64,000 nt of DNA from Eledone cirrhosa (GCA_964016885.1 OZ024747.1:39680001-39744000); one strand, 5' to 3'; counted from the first letter of the stretch, positions 43,100 through 57,035 are shown. The notes: generated by a model from the sequence alone, not told the origin. Numbers and translations are program-made.

Positions 43100-45615
43100 T
43101 ATCGTGTGTGCTGTTGTTCATAATATACATGCCCCATGGACAGACAGACAAATGAAAGATGCAGCTCACCTTGAGGAACAAACATGGGAAAATATAACAG
43201 GTGAACAGTTGCGTTTGGCTCTTAGATAAACCAACAGATGGAAATGCCCAGGGAAAGATAAAATACCAAATTTTTGGATAAATGCCGTCACAGAGTCTCA
43301 TGAGCTGTTAGCCCACTTTACAATGAAATGGTTAAGAAGCCAGAAAAGATACCACCATGGCTAGTTAACGGCATTACATTCCAACTTCCGAAGAATGATG
43401 AGACAAATAAGCCAAAAAATTACAGACCGATAACTTGCTTGACCACAATGTATAACATTTTAACATCAGTCCTAACTGAATATACATATGATCACCTGAT
43501 AACAAATTACCTATTTCCCAATGAGCAGAAAGGGTGTAAACGAGGCTCATATGGCTGTAAGGATCAGCTTTTGATTAACAAAATGATACTGGAAGATTGT
43601 CATAATAGACACAAACTATCTATCAACTGCTTGGATAGATTACAAAAAAGCATTTGACAGTTTGCCACAGTTGGATTGAAAAGTGTTTAGAGATTTTCTA
43701 AATATCTCCCGTTGTCAGGAGGTTCCTGTCATTCAGTATGAAGACATGGAAAACGACATTTCATTTTGAACAGTGATAAAAAATAACTGGGAATTGGAGA
43801 AGTTAATATTAATTGTTGAATTTTCAGAGTGATTCTTTATCACCGCTTTTATTCTGCATCGCATTTATACCATTAAGTAAAATGCTCAATGAAACAAAAC
43901 ATGGATATAAAGTCTATGACAAAACCATTAATCACTTGTTCTACATGGATGACCTGAAACTATTTGCAAAAAAATGATGAGCAATTGCAAGGGCTATTAT
44001 CCACTGTGAAGCAGTTCAGTGATGATATTAGAATGGAGTTTGGACTAGATAAATACGCCAAAGCCACGGTCATCAGAGGAAAGCTACTGAGACGTTTAGA
44101 CATTAATCTTGATCTGGGGAATGTGATAAAAGAACTTGATCAAGAAGAAACTTACAAATATCTAGGTGTTTGTGAAGAGACGGAATCAAGCACTCGAGAA
44201 TGAGGAAAAGGATAATGAAGGAATGTTACCGCAGAGTAAGAGCAATCTTAAGAACGGAATTGAGTGTAAGGAATCTGATCAATGCCATAAACACGTTTGC
44301 TATACCAGTAGTAACCTACAGATACAATGTCATCAACTGGTTAAACACAGAGATCCGTAGGCTCCATACGGAAATTAGAAAATTCTTAACCATGTACAGA
44401 ATGCATCACCCTAAGGCAGATACAGATAAAATATATCTCCCTGGGAAAGAAGGAGGACGTGGGTTAATCCAGTTAGATATTGCGTTGAAAACTGCAACAA
44501 TTGGATTATATACATATCTAAGGGAATCACATGATTGGATGATCAAACTCGTTTTGAAACATGAAAGCAACAAAAATCATACACCATTACAAAAGGTGTA
44601 CATACATACAGTAATGGACTACAAATTTCAGAAGTTCCCTGAAATGAAAAACACAGAAAAAGCAAAGCAGGTAAAAGTAAAGGCAAAGAAAGAACTGCTA
44701 TAGAAATTGGCTAAGAAATGGCAAGAAAAGCTTCTGTATGGAAAATACCAATAAAGAGCTGAAAATCCTGATGTTGACAAAACTTTAACCCATCAGTGGT
44801 TGGCATCCTCTGGGTTGAAATAGGAGACTGAAGGACTAATTATATCAGAACAAGATCAGTGTCTGCCAACAAAAATTACCAAACCAACATAATAAAAAAT
44901 TGATGCAACCCATTATGCCATGTATGTAAAAAACAACCAGAGACCATTGATCATATAATTTCAATGTGCAGTCCTATAGCTCCAACCGAATACCTAAACA
45001 GGCACGACAGAGCTGCACAATACACACATTGGAGAATGTGTAAGCATTTTGACCTGCCCCATCAAAAGAATTGGTGGGAGCATCAACCACCTCCCGTACT
45101 TGAAAAAGATCACATCTCAATCTTGTGGAACTTTAGCATCCAAACAGACCGAAAAATAAATGCAAATAGACCTGATATAATACTGAAGGACTTTAAAAAG
45201 AGGGTATGCCACCTATTTGACATGTTCGTTCCTATAAACAAGAAAGTATCGGTAAAAACATTTGAAAAATTGAGCAAATAGAGATGGGAAAAATGTGGAA
45301 GTTGAGAACTAAAAAAATACCAGTGGTTGTAGGCGCTCTAGGAATGATACCTAAGGGGTCTAATGATTACTTATCCCAAATCTCAGGAAGCCCGCGTATA
45401 GAAGAAATACAAAAGATAGTACTAATGGGAACTGCCCATATACTAAGGAAGATTATGTCAATATAAGTACATCACAAATCTAAACACCTAAAGATGCATG
45501 TGAGTGTATGTATGGTGGACCTTGTTGTCTCTTGCGGTCACTGGTTGTGACTTGGGGATAACTCGTATGAACATAAATCAATATAAATGAAAAAAGAATT
45601 AATAATAATAATTAT
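43100..45615 (+). mobile_element. R4/Dong-like LINE, 5'-truncated and decayed (RT, CCHC, RLE) with (TAA)n tail
   Basis: NYRPITCL, EQKGC, DYKKAFDS, HLFYMDDLKL, YKYLG, GGRGL, ETIDHI..C, RHD, NRPDI, PVVVGALG. Confidence 0.9.
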
Positions 45616-46189
45616 TTTCTGAAATTATTTAAGTTAGATGTTAAAGTATCAAGACAAAATATTATTGCAGAGGGAAGTTACCTGTAATCTATTTCAACAA
45701 AAGATAAACATCCCAAATCATTTCTAAGTTATGAACAATAACTGCCTTTACAAAGATCGCTTCTCATCTCCATGACTAAATAATACATCAGCCTTCAACT
45801 ACTATTAACATTCTACAAGGCTCACCTGAGACCAACAATAAATCAATGACCCCACACCTGGACTAGTGATTCTGTTACACACACAAGCATACTAAGCTGC
45901 ATCTAAGGGAAAGCAAATTGTCAGTTTGGCCTGAAGTCACACAAAGAAGTCTGTAGATTTCCTAGATTTTGTATCTCTTCTGTCTGCTTTTTCTACAGAC
46001 ATTGCAATATCCTCTGCTGTTCAGAATGGCTGCTTTTGTGAAAACTACACTTTTCTACCTCTTTTTTCTCAATTTTCTACAATCACTGCAATAGCCTACG
46101 TTCATCAGAACTGGCTGCTTTTGGGCAAACTACACTTAAACACTTTTCCATTTCACTTATCATCCCTATTATGTCTACCAACACAAAAC

Positions 46190-46500
46190 TCGCAGGTGCC
46201 ACTTGCAGCGACACTTTGTCCAGCCGCAACCTGGTGCAGTCTGCGACTAACCCAGGTACTGCTGCACGTCGGGCTGAGGAGGCCAAACTCTCCAAGTACC
46301 GGTCGCTCTCAGACAGGTTCGCGGTCGTGCCCTTGGCATTGGAGACTTCTGTTGTCTTTGGCCTAAGGCTACCTCCCTATTCACCACCATAGGTGCTGAG
46401 TTGACCAGCCGCATGTGTGAGCCCCGCGAGTTGGAAAGGCTTTTCCTGCGCATCTCCCTTACCATCCTCCGGGGAAACGCCTTCTCCATCCTGTTAGCCG
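46190..46500 (+). pseudogene. CRE-clade retrotransposon RLE remnant
   Basis: ATCSDTL..GTAARRAEEAKLSKY..VPLALETS..FG..RISLTILRGNAFSIL. Confidence 0.8.
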
Positions 46501-47398
46501 GGGCTGTGGGAAGGCCAGCACGTGGGACCCCATTTGCTCACCATACGGATTAATAGGCAAAGTTATAAACTATTGTAAATAAACCTATGTAAGTTACATA
46601 TCATTAAAAAATCCCACTATTACATCCACACGTAAAACTTTTGTAATTCACTCTCGGCACATGTTGCAACACTTTGAAAAGAAAATTCACCATATTGATT
46701 TAATTAGCTTCAGTGGACCTACAGAAGATATATGCACAGCTTCTTTTCTGAGTCTTGTCTATCGAAGCATTTTCTTATTTCTTATTTTTTATTTCTTTTA
46801 AATGAATCTGAAAATATTCAGTTTCGTTCCAGTAGGCTCTAAGTGAAATAGCCTCTTAAATCAATATATTAACTGCACATCAACTGATTTAGAAATGTAT
46901 CTCTTTATGTGTATTCATTAATGAGTAAATGAAATATGTACCATGCATGAAATATGGTCACCCGAATCGCGTAAGCTCTTCCTATATAAAGTGTTGTCGC
47001 TAATTCAAATATATCAATACATATAAGCCACGAAACAAATCTGTTGAGGAGAGTTTCGGTCTAATATCATGGCTATGATTTTTCTCATTTGTATATGAAT
47101 GTATGGATATTTATATATACATATATGTATGTATTAACCACTGTATCACGTGTTAATTTCTCTCTCCGCCCCCCTCCGTCACTTGCTACGAACGCGTCAA
47201 GAAACAGTCCATTTTTCTGAGAGGTCTCTTGATAAGCCGTATCAATCTAACAGAAATGATACATCTCTATAGTGCAGCCAAATGGCACACGGATCGGTGA
47301 AACTGCAGTCGGGACTTTGAAGGAAAAGTAGGTATATTTTTGTTTATTATTTCCTCATATTTTGTAATTATATAAATATATATATTTATATATATATA

Positions 47399-47602
47399 TA
47401 GGAACGAGTAGGACCCCGACGGCTGAGCTCAAGCCGTTTCGACAGCTAATTCTGGACTGAATTAGCGTCCAGAATTAGCCGTCGAAACGGCTTGAGCTCA
47501 GCCGTCGGGGTCCTACTCGTTCCTATTACCCACTCTACTACCCTAAGTATCGAGTACTTTGGTGCGTTATGGTCCACCTGGTTCCTTACCACATTTCCTT
47601 CG

Positions 47603-47605
<3 letters not shown>
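47399..47605. repeat. Fold-back pLTR fragment (about 60 bp arms) of the 24466/55107 PLE family, containing half a hammerhead
   Basis: 47399-47457 is the reverse complement of 47468-47526; no CUGA/UUGA core present. Confidence 0.85.
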
Positions 47606-47637
<32 letters not shown>

Positions 47638-48104
47638 GTGGGTAATAATAAAGCTTACCCAATTACTAGAATGAAAATAGCTTAATGTAAAATAACAATT
47701 ATACTACAGAGCCGAAATGTAAATGACAATCAAAGAGTGTTTAAAACATTTAACACTTACGAAGGTTTCATCCTCTCACAAGACCGATTTCATCTTGCCC
47801 CCCGCTCTCTGAAAAATCATTAAGGGGAGGCAACTGCTAGTTGCTAAGCGACCATCTCAGTCACTACACCATTTTCTAGCAGCTTGAATGTAACCTGATC
47901 TCATCGCTGGCCTCTGTCTATGACGGTGTGGTAGTAGTACACTATAAGCCTACTCCCCTTAGCCAGAAGGACATACAAAGACTTAACAATCATCACTTGA
48001 GGGCAGTTGACCGAGCTAGAAGCTGCTAAATTTTCGACCTCCCTCTTGTCTCTGCTTTTCAGCCCCATGGATTTTGTTTATTATATTCCTTTGTTAAATT
48101 TCGA

Positions 48105-48162
48105 ATACCTGATGATGTGACCGGATTCATACTGAACCTGGTCACTGAAATGATCATAGTAT
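48105..48162 (+). ncRNA. Canonical type I hammerhead
   Basis: AUAC-CUGAUGA-UGUGACCGG..CUGGUCACU-GAAA-UGAUCA-UA-GUAU. Confidence 0.82.
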
Positions 48163-48287
48163 AATAAACTTTTTAAGGAATTACACCAGTCCAGCCTCCT
48201 TTTATTTGATAATATATATATATATATACAATATACAATATATCGAAATGGCTTCTACAGGACTTCTTCTTTCGAAGGAAATCATTA

Positions 48288-48366
<79 letters not shown>

Positions 48367-48900
48367 CTGTATGTGTAATATAATCAATTGATCTTTTTGC
48401 ACTCGGTATGTGCAAGACATTGTGCTTTAATCTTTGTTTAAGTTAAAAGACATTGTCAGTTGAATGTAGAAAATGTCTCTCATCTATTATAGTAGAGTAT
48501 AATCTAGGCTGATAAAAAAATATTTGGTAATCAATCACTAGCTATATCTCACTTCAAAGACAGCAGTTAACAAAAAGCCCGGAAGTTGCATGTATATTGT
48601 GCATATGTATAATGTCTTCTCACGGTATATGTATTTGGTTTATTTCACTGACATAATGTCGCCTCTTAACATCAGACGGACCACCGAAAGCTTCATCGAA
48701 ATCACATTGACCTTTCCTCATACTAAACTACCCGAAGGAACAACCAGTAATAAATTGGTTTCAATTCACACGATGTTTAAATCTCCATTTCAAATGCTGG
48801 TTTTTGTATCTAGGCCGAAGAGATCAATATAATGCAGGCATATATTTTATTAATTTGCAGTATTTCTGAAGTTTATTTACGTTTGCTAATGTACGGATAT

Positions 48901-49150
48901 GTTAGTACACGGCGTCAGTGTCAGCTCTCTTTGTGTGTATGTATGCTTATGTTAGTACACGGCGTCAGTGTCAGCTCTCTTTGTGTGTATGTATGCGTAT
49001 GTTAGTACACGGCGTCAGTGTCAGCTCTCTTTGTGCGTATGTATGCGTATGTTAGTACACGGCGTCAGTGTCAGCTCTCTTTGTGCGTATGTATGCTTAT
49101 GTTAGTATACGGCATCAGTGTCAGCTCTCTTTGTGTGTATGTATGCTTAT
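48901..49150. repeat. Minisatellite, 5 x 50 bp
   Basis: GTTAGTACACGGCGTCAGTGTCAGCTCTCTTTGTG.. starts at 48901, 48951, 49001, 49051 and 49101. Confidence 0.95.
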
Positions 49151-49589
49151 GTGGTTGTGTATTGTTTGCAGCTACGTAAATATGACGTTGTCTAAGTACA
49201 TTTTAGCAACGACAAGCATGTTCTTCTGTTTATATTTCGGCTTAAGTCGACTTTGCTGTGATTGCAATCAATTTAATATGCTAGGCAACCACATGAACAT
49301 TAATGAAAATATTCCGTGTGGAAAACCAACCAAGTAACATTTAGAATTATAATAGTTGGAGACAATAGATTTCTGTGCAATCATGTGTAGACACTATCAC
49401 TTAGGACCGCTATTTCCTACCAATCCTGCAATTCTCTACATTACTTGTTGACACAGATACTCTGATATTTCACGAACACGCTATTTTTATTAATACTCAT
49501 CGCTAATCTTTCATTACAACATTTGAGAGTCAGCATCCTGTGTTCCTGCACAACAAATGTTAATCGAAATAGAAGTTATATCTAGAAAT

Positions 49590-49790
49590 TAATGGTTTCT
49601 GATTTAGGCGCAAGGTCAGAAAGTTTTGGGAAGAGGAAAGACGCTTAAATCAACTCCAGTGCATTACTGGTATTTTAATTTATCGACCCCGTAAGGATGA
49701 AAGGCAAAGCTAACCTCGACGGGATTTGAACTCAGAATGTAAAAGCATGTAACTCTATGCCGCAGAAGTGAAGCAAAAAAAATTGACGAA
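49590..49790 (-). mobile_element. Diverged SINE copy
   Basis: TATCGACCCCGTAAGGATGAAAGGCAAAG..GGGATTTGAACTCAGA core. Confidence 0.8.
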
Positions 49791-50094
49791 TGGGGTAAGT
49801 CGTTAGAACGTCGGATAAAATGCTTGGGCCATTTTTCCGATTCTCTACGCTGGGGCTTAGGTTGCCTGATATACTTGTGAGGTTGAGAAGTAAAGTACGA
49901 GAAAAATCATGTAAGTCATTTGTGTGTGTGGGGGGGGGAGTGTGTGTGTTTGTGTGTGTACGTCTGTGTCTGTGCGTGTATACCTGTATGTGCATCTATC
50001 TCTCTCTCCATATATATATATATATATACACCATCAACACTATAAACACCATCAACACTATAAACACAGAGCTGGCATATCTAAGAACTGATTA

Positions 50095-50150
50095 ACTGCC
50101 TGATGAGGTCATAGCCATTCAATGGCTATCATCGAAATATATATAGCAGT
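50095..50150 (+). ncRNA. Canonical type I hammerhead (29518 family)
   Basis: ACUGC-CUGAUGA-..AUAGCCAU..AUGGCUAU..-GAAA-UAUAUA-UA-GCAGU. Confidence 0.85.
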
Positions 50151-50194
50151 AAATAAAGGATTTTGAGTTCATGCAATTGACTTGTTTCGTCATT

Positions 50195-50276
<82 letters not shown>

Positions 50277-50448
50277 TATATTTGTTTTGGGAGGTTTTTT
50301 ATATGAAATCGTGTGTCGAAACAAATATTGTTATACTTGGAGGGTCATATTGTTGTAATAATATTGCCAGAAATAATAACAGAACACACTCAAAGGCTGG
50401 TTGAAACGATGGCGTAGATATACAATACAACAGGAGGAACATAATAGC

Positions 50449-50490
50449 ACCACTGACGATGTTGCAAATGTGCAACGAAAGAACTTTGTT
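50449..50490 (+). ncRNA. Minimal hammerhead motif
   Basis: ACCA-CUGACGA-UGUUGCA AAUG UGCAAC-GAAA-GAAC-UU-UGUU. Confidence 0.65.
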
Positions 50491-50699
50491 AGACTATATA
50501 TATGTGTTTATATCTATATTATACCTGTATGTTTGAATGTTGGTCAGTCAATGATAAACATTGAGGACGGAATAAATTAATTGATATAAAAGATACAGAA
50601 GCGAAAATCAATCCAAATAGTGAGTGTGTTATGTTATTATTTCTGGGTATATTATTACAACAATATGACCCTCCCCAAGTATAACAATATATATATATA

Positions 50700-51190
50700 A
50701 AGAATGAATAATAAAACAGGTAGACATCATAAAAAGGTAATTTATTCCGAGTGCTTACAAATGTTTCTACGGTAGTTACACAGTCATGCTATGGGCAAAT
50801 TGGTAGTTATTTATTTGCAGATATTCAATTTTCAAATGCTATTTATCCTACCGTGTCTTCAGAGCAAATGCCTAAAGTGTAAATTCCCTTGTATTTCTTA
50901 AAAAGGGTTATTGGGGAAGATAGAGTAGAGAAGGAAGAGAGAAAGAAGGGGAGGGTGGGAGAGATAGAGAGATAGATATGTAGGGGGTCGGAGAAATGGG
51001 AGAGAGTGATTTGAAGAATACAGATAGCTTAATCTAAATGTTGTGATAGGGGTTCAACAAGAGGTTTTATTATACTGCTTACTCTCAAAGTGACAAGTTA
51101 GGCATTGTGTTGATATTGTCAAATTTGGAATTATTTATTGCAACAGAGAGCAGGTTGATAGATGTAGAGAAGGAGGGAGATAGACAGTAG

Positions 51191-51252
<62 letters not shown>

Positions 51253-52112
51253 ACAGAAAAAAGCTAAGAGAAGGGGAAGGAAAGGCGATATACACCGAGT
51301 TCGTAGTTGTAGTTTGCTGATCGCACCTAAGTATGATAAGCAAGGTACTGGCTTGTAGTGTGTGCGGATGGGGGGGGGGGGATATAGTTAGGAAGTAGTT
51401 ATTGAGTGAAATTAGTTAGCGAGAAAGTGGTGTAGTAGTCTCGGGTTCATATGTTAAGTTATTTTATAGTGAGAAAATTTAGTCTCCAGTTTGTGGTTGC
51501 AGTATAACGATCGTTCGATTCTGTCATTTACCAAGTTGTTTTTAGATTTCAAGATATAAAAGAGCTCAAGGTTGCATAATCTGCAGTACTTCAATCGATA
51601 CCGACATGCACTAGCGCTGGATAATTTATACCATTTCAAGGTGAACTGCCGGTTGTGTTCACGGAGTTGCCAGGTCTTATTGGCCAGCGTAGTTACAAAA
51701 CGGTGTTCAGCAGAATGTTTAATCGAAAATCGATGACGATACCAGCGAGATTTAAAGGAGGTAGTGGTAGAGCCGATGTAATATTATTTCTGGTCGTTTG
51801 ATTCGACAGTGCATTGATAAACAATGTTGAAGTCCAGTAATTTATTCTTCAATGAGCATCTTTCGAGTAGGTGGCAGTTGCAGTTTTTGTTATGGGTAAC
51901 AGCAGTACCATGGATAGGTTGGGATAACAGTTCAGGTGGGTTGTGTATTATACGTCTCCCATTTGGTGGTTGGGAGGCTGATATTACGTTATGCCCATCT
52001 GTTTCTAAAATGTTTTGTTTTGAAGTGTTGTTTAATAATTGCTTCAAGTTAAGTTTGTTTATGTATGCTTCAAGGTTTGGTGCAGTGGAGTATGATAGCT
52101 TAGCAGTCTTAC
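50700..52112 (-). mobile_element. Naiad-like PLE 3' fragment with HHR at 50752-50866
   Basis: KLSYSTAPN, CNC..C..NIVYQC..YIGSTTTSFK, CRLCNLE..CNH; UGCU-CUGAAGA-CACGGUAG..CUACCGUA-GAAA-CAUUUG-UA-AGCA. Confidence 0.85.
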
Positions 52113-52484
52113 ATTATGCATATTAACGGCTGAGTAGTGCACCCGGCCGATTAACCCACTCGATATGTAAATTGGGCTAGTCAGCCGTTAATATGCATAA
52201 GGTAAGTATATACGTTCAACAATCTGGCAGGAAGGTATACGTTGCTGACGATAGCTAATAAGCTTGAAACTAGTAGAGCGTTCCTTTGTCAGCGTTGAAC
52301 AAACGAGCAACGATGGTTGCTGGACACTACGGCTTAATACGGGATGTTTGTTTACAAACACACCGAGCATTATAATAAATGTTCGGTGAATCCATACGTA
52401 CATATATATATATGTGTGCATGTATGTATATATATATACATACTACTGTACGTCTGTATACATATATGTATGTACGTGTACATA

Positions 52485-52490
<6 letters not shown>
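52113..52490 (+). mobile_element. Dispersed copy of the 420 bp hammerhead unit with a short 5' inversion
   Basis: Matches about 17625-17975; HHR at 52239-52281; 52113-52137 is inverted relative to 52176-52200. Confidence 0.85.
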
Positions 52491-52557
<67 letters not shown>

Positions 52558-52698
52558 CCAAAAGTTTAACAAGGTTCATTGATTAATCAATGAATAAAGT
52601 TTTACAATAGATTAGAAGCACTCAACAAAGAGGTTTGCTGGAGTTATTAATATTACTTCAAAATATTAATAAATATAGACATTCATGTGATCAAATAC

Positions 52699-52956
52699 AT
52701 TTTATTATACATATTTCATAGGTAGTGAGCTATTTCATCAATACGTCCTCATCAGATAAAATAAATTGATGTCTGTCATACCTCAACTGTGCTGATGGTT
52801 CAATTCCAGTCTTGGCAGTAGAATCGGAAACTGAGTTTCTTGACTGCCAAGACTGGAATTGAACCATCAGCACAGTTGAGGTATGTCAGACATCAATTTA
52901 TTTTTTCTGATGAGGACGTACTGATGAAATAGCTCAGTACCTCTGAAATATATATA
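52699..52956. repeat. Fold-back pLTR palindrome with two hammerheads
   Basis: Arms meet near 52830; minus-strand HHR has UUUUAU/AUAAAA stem I and a CUGAUGA core. Confidence 0.82.
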
Positions 52957-53143
52957 ATTGTTTCTACTTTAGGCACAAGGCTAGCAATTACCCAGTGCAT
53001 TACTGATACTTTATTTTATCGACCCCGTAAGGATGAAAGGCAAAGTCAACCTCGGCGGGATTTGAACTCAGATCGTAAAGGGACGTAACTATGCTGGAAA
53101 GCATGGCGTCCGACCCTCTACCGATACTGCCAATCCACCACCC
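52957..53143 (-). mobile_element. SINE, full copy
   Basis: Reverse complement of the 1969-2157 family. Confidence 0.9.
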
Positions 53144-53145
53144 TT

Positions 53146-53930
53146 TAAAATTCATTGTCCTGCGCACCCCGAACGTTTAATTAGGAATATAATCACTTAT
53201 TTCCTAATGTTTGCTGAGTGAGTTGGGATTTGGCCGGAGTATCACTATTAGCTTCCTCCGATAATGTATTTATATATTTACTCTTGGAGCAACGGATATG
53301 AAATTCCCGATATAAGGTTTGACTCTCTTTGTTTATTTTTATATATGAATATTGATTGTTTCTTATATCTCATTCTGTTATTTTACCCGAGAAAATATCT
53401 GTGTGTCAGTTGAGTTCTAGCACGTGGCTTGAATTCCTTTTAAAATTCATTGTCCTGCGCATGTATTGTTTTTTGGCGGTAATTCTCCTTCCTCTTTTTT
53501 TTGAGACAGTATGAGAATTTCTTTAGAACTGCTGGGCTAGCAACCTAACAGCTACTTCAAGCACTGATGGTGATTATCGCTAAATATTGATGTGGATTTG
53601 ACTATCAATATTAATGTTATTGGGCACCCACTGAAGAATTATAAGAGCCCACTTGAATAAGTATCTATTGATCTTATACAAGCTTCTACATAATTGGTAT
53701 AATTTCACCCAACTTGTAGGAATCTTATAATGAAACGAGACGTCCGTCTGGGAAGAGATATATTTGATATATCTCATAAGAAATAATACAGCCAATTTCC
53801 CACACAATACAATTAGTTAGCACCCCGAACGTTTAATTAGGAATATACTCACTTCTTTCCTAATGTTTGTTGAGTGAGTTGGGATTTGGCCGGAGTATCG
53901 CTATTGTTTCCTCCGATAATGTATTTATAT
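53146..53930 (+). mobile_element. ORF-less pLTR-like element with terminal direct repeat and hammerhead at 53627-53752
   Basis: 53164-53275 is repeated at 53820-53930; CCCA-CUGAAGA-AUUAUAAGA..UCUUAUAAU-GAAA-CGAGACGUCCG-UC-UGGG. Confidence 0.8.
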
Positions 53931-53933
53931 ATT

Positions 53934-54127
<194 letters not shown>

Positions 54128-54132
54128 AGTGT

Positions 54133-54395
54133 GGAAGCACGTGGCCTAGTGGTAAGAGTGTTGGACTTACGATCATAATGCCTGGGTTCCGTGTTGTGTT
54201 CTTGAGCAAAACACTTCATTTCACGTTGCTCCAGTATACTCAGCTGAAAATGAGTATCAGCAATAGCTGGAGGTTTAATCCTGCGATGGACTGGCGTCCT
54301 GTCCAGGGGGGAATCTTGTACTCTCAGTCGCTTCACGCCATGAAACCGGGATAAGCACCGGCCAAATGAGCCTTCTGGTTTAAGACAGACTTTTT
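54133..54395 (+). mobile_element. tRNA-derived SINE, second family
   Basis: A-box GTGGCCTAGTGG, CORE-like TGTGTTCTTGAGCAAAACACTT, CCTGCGATGGACTGGCGTCCTGTCCAGGGG block, LINE-like tail. Confidence 0.8.
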
Positions 54396-55030
54396 AGACT
54401 TGAGATATATTTAAGTATCTATATATGTATATACATATATATGTATGTATAAATACGGTATATATGTGTGTGTGTATGTAAGTATGTATGTAAGATTATG
54501 TATATATGTATGTGTGTGTGTGTGTGTGTGTGTGCGTTTGAGCGTGGGTGTTTATAAATGTATATATATATATGTGTGTGTGCATGCGTGTGTGTATAAA
54601 TTACATACATTTTAAGTTGGAAGCCTCACAAAAGTAACACTTTTAACCATCGCCTTGAAATGTTTAATTATTTGGCAGCATTGAACTACTTCATATATTC
54701 ACCCTCCTCCATTCTCGTGTGTATTTATTGCCCAGTCTCTGATCAAATATTCCTAACCATTAAGACAACGTCTTCGGCTTTAGTTCTGACACGTTTCTAT
54801 ATCTTAACATTTTCTATAGTTTTAGTGCAAAGAAAGAAGAGACATTGTGTTTTGTAGATAATACTGACATAATGTCGTTCCTGACTGATTTGTTGGCACA
54901 GGCATTGTCTACTTATTGGTGTGTGTGTGTGTGTGTGAGACTGTGCGTGAATGTGTGCGTCTGTGACTGAAAGTATGTGTAGTGCCAGCTTCGATGCATA
55001 TATTACTTATAATTATACACACACACACAC

Positions 55031-55106
<76 letters not shown>

Positions 55107-55109
<3 letters not shown>

Positions 55110-57035
55110 AACGAGTAGGACCCCGACGGCTGAGCTCAAGCCGTTTCGACGGCTAATTCTGGACTAAATGAAAATTTTTATCCTGGTATTTGAATAGCCG
55201 AGCTTCTCAAGGGGTAATTCCATATATGGTAAAAGTGATTGTCATAAGGATTGGTCAAAAGTTTGTTGTTGAGACATAATAATTCTATGATGGCTATTTG
55301 TGGAGGGAAGGGGTAGCTGAACCTGCCAGTAGGAGAAAGAGGGAGAGGGGGTGGAGGAGACCCATTCATGCGTTGATAGTGCCGACCACAGATGGGCATG
55401 AGGTCAAAGAAGATACTAGGGAGGGGGAGGGGGGAGGATGTCGAAACAATAAGTAGAACAATATGGGGTAAATATATAGAAAAATACCGAGAGTGTTAAA
55501 AAGCAATTAAATGTAGAAAAATAAACAATTTCTGGTTACTACGACCTAAGTCTCTCACTGATACTGCTAGGCTAAAGAAAGGTATACTAGGTGGGACGGA
55601 ATTATAATGAGAACCTTTTAAGAGGTATAAGTAATAAACCGAGTATATCTTACGGTGACGGGTCAACAAGTGAGGGCCAAAATACTAAAGAAACTACCAC
55701 GAAATAATAAATAAAGGTTTCTACCCCAGGCACAAGGCCAGCAACCACCCAGTGCAAAAATGTAAACTAATACGAAATAATAATTCAGAGTCCCGAAATA
55801 GAATACTAATACTATCTCTAAGGGTGCCGCCACGATACATAAGTTCTAGTGCAAGCTACATAAAAGCTCGTACGAAGTATATGTAAAATTTGATACGGAA
55901 AATTAATTCAGAATCTCCCCCCCCCCCAAAAAAAAAAATACTGATAAGAGAAATTAAAGCAAAGATACCACTAAGAAATATAGAAAGCACGGAAAAGGGG
56001 CAGCGATCGGATAAGAGGGCAAGTATCCGGGGTCTAACACATATAAAAAGCGGAGTCGGCCAAATCTATCATATAATAGGGGAAGGGGGTGGGGGTACTG
56101 AGGCTACAAAGGACCGAGGGGCTGCCTCGGGTGGGCGAGAAAAAGACGACGACAAAGAAAGAGAACTGGGGTGGAAGGACTAGGGAGGGATGGGGGAAGA
56201 GGGAAATATAGAGGAAGCGATAAAAAGATATAAAAGAAGATCTTACGTCCACCTTTGCAAGCAGGGGTTACCCATTACAAAATCGGCAAGTGGGGTGTTA
56301 TAGCCCTAGTCTACCCCCTCCCCCCGGGTCATTATGGGGTTTGAGGGCGAGGTAAGTCCTACGCAATCTGTGTTTACATGCAGTAACCAGTTCATCTTTC
56401 TTGTTTAGGAGTTGGTCCGTCGAAAACAGCATTTGTAAAGTTTCCTCCGAGCATAAATTGCACGGACGGCGTCCTCCCGTGTAAGAGTTGGCTCTGGACA
56501 GTAAGCTCCAAGTGAGATCATAGGTAATGTTGTTATCCTTGAGGTCCCATATGTGGCCCGAAAGTGTCGTGGCGTGACGCCGGGCCGGGTTTCGGAAGGT
56601 ATGTCTGTGTTGGTATAGCCGGGTCTTGAAGTCACATGCGGTTAATCCTATATAAGCTTTGTTGGAGGTGTCCGTCCTCACGTTGCACTGGTAGATCACA
56701 TTACGATCTCTGCATCTGTTGTCGAGGGGGAAAATGGATCCATCAGGACAGTTGCACCTCCTGGTCGGCTCTCCACTGCTATTTAGGTTATTTCTTCCAT
56801 AGGGGTTGAGTTTTTTGTTGTTAGAGGAGACGATGTTTTGTGCAAAGTTTGGTGTAGTGCTGTAAGCGAGTTTGATGGTATTTTTGTTAATTATGTTGTG
56901 GTAGCGGTGTTGTAGTGGGAAGTGTTTTTCAATGAGCCTAAAGAAGAGTTCCCGATAGGAGTTGTCACCTCGGCGTTGTGGGGAGGATTAAACCACGTTA
57001 CATTGCGTGAGAGGCGGTGTCGCCTGCTGGTTCCG
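55107..57035 (-). mobile_element. Naiad-like PLE 3' fragment with pLTR and U3-A8 hammerhead at 55120-55215
   Basis: WFNPP, IKLAYSTTPN, CNC.., IYQC..YIGLT..FKTR..CNLC..CKH. Confidence 0.9.

Noticed and set aside
47190-47335. GC-richer unique patch as a possible exon
   Set aside because: No open frame with credible splice sites in the frames checked
48901-49150. Regular repeat as a CRISPR array
   Set aside because: No unique spacers, eukaryotic context and no cas genes
54133-54200. tRNA gene
   Set aside because: The tRNA-like head lacks a complete cloverleaf and continues into a SINE body
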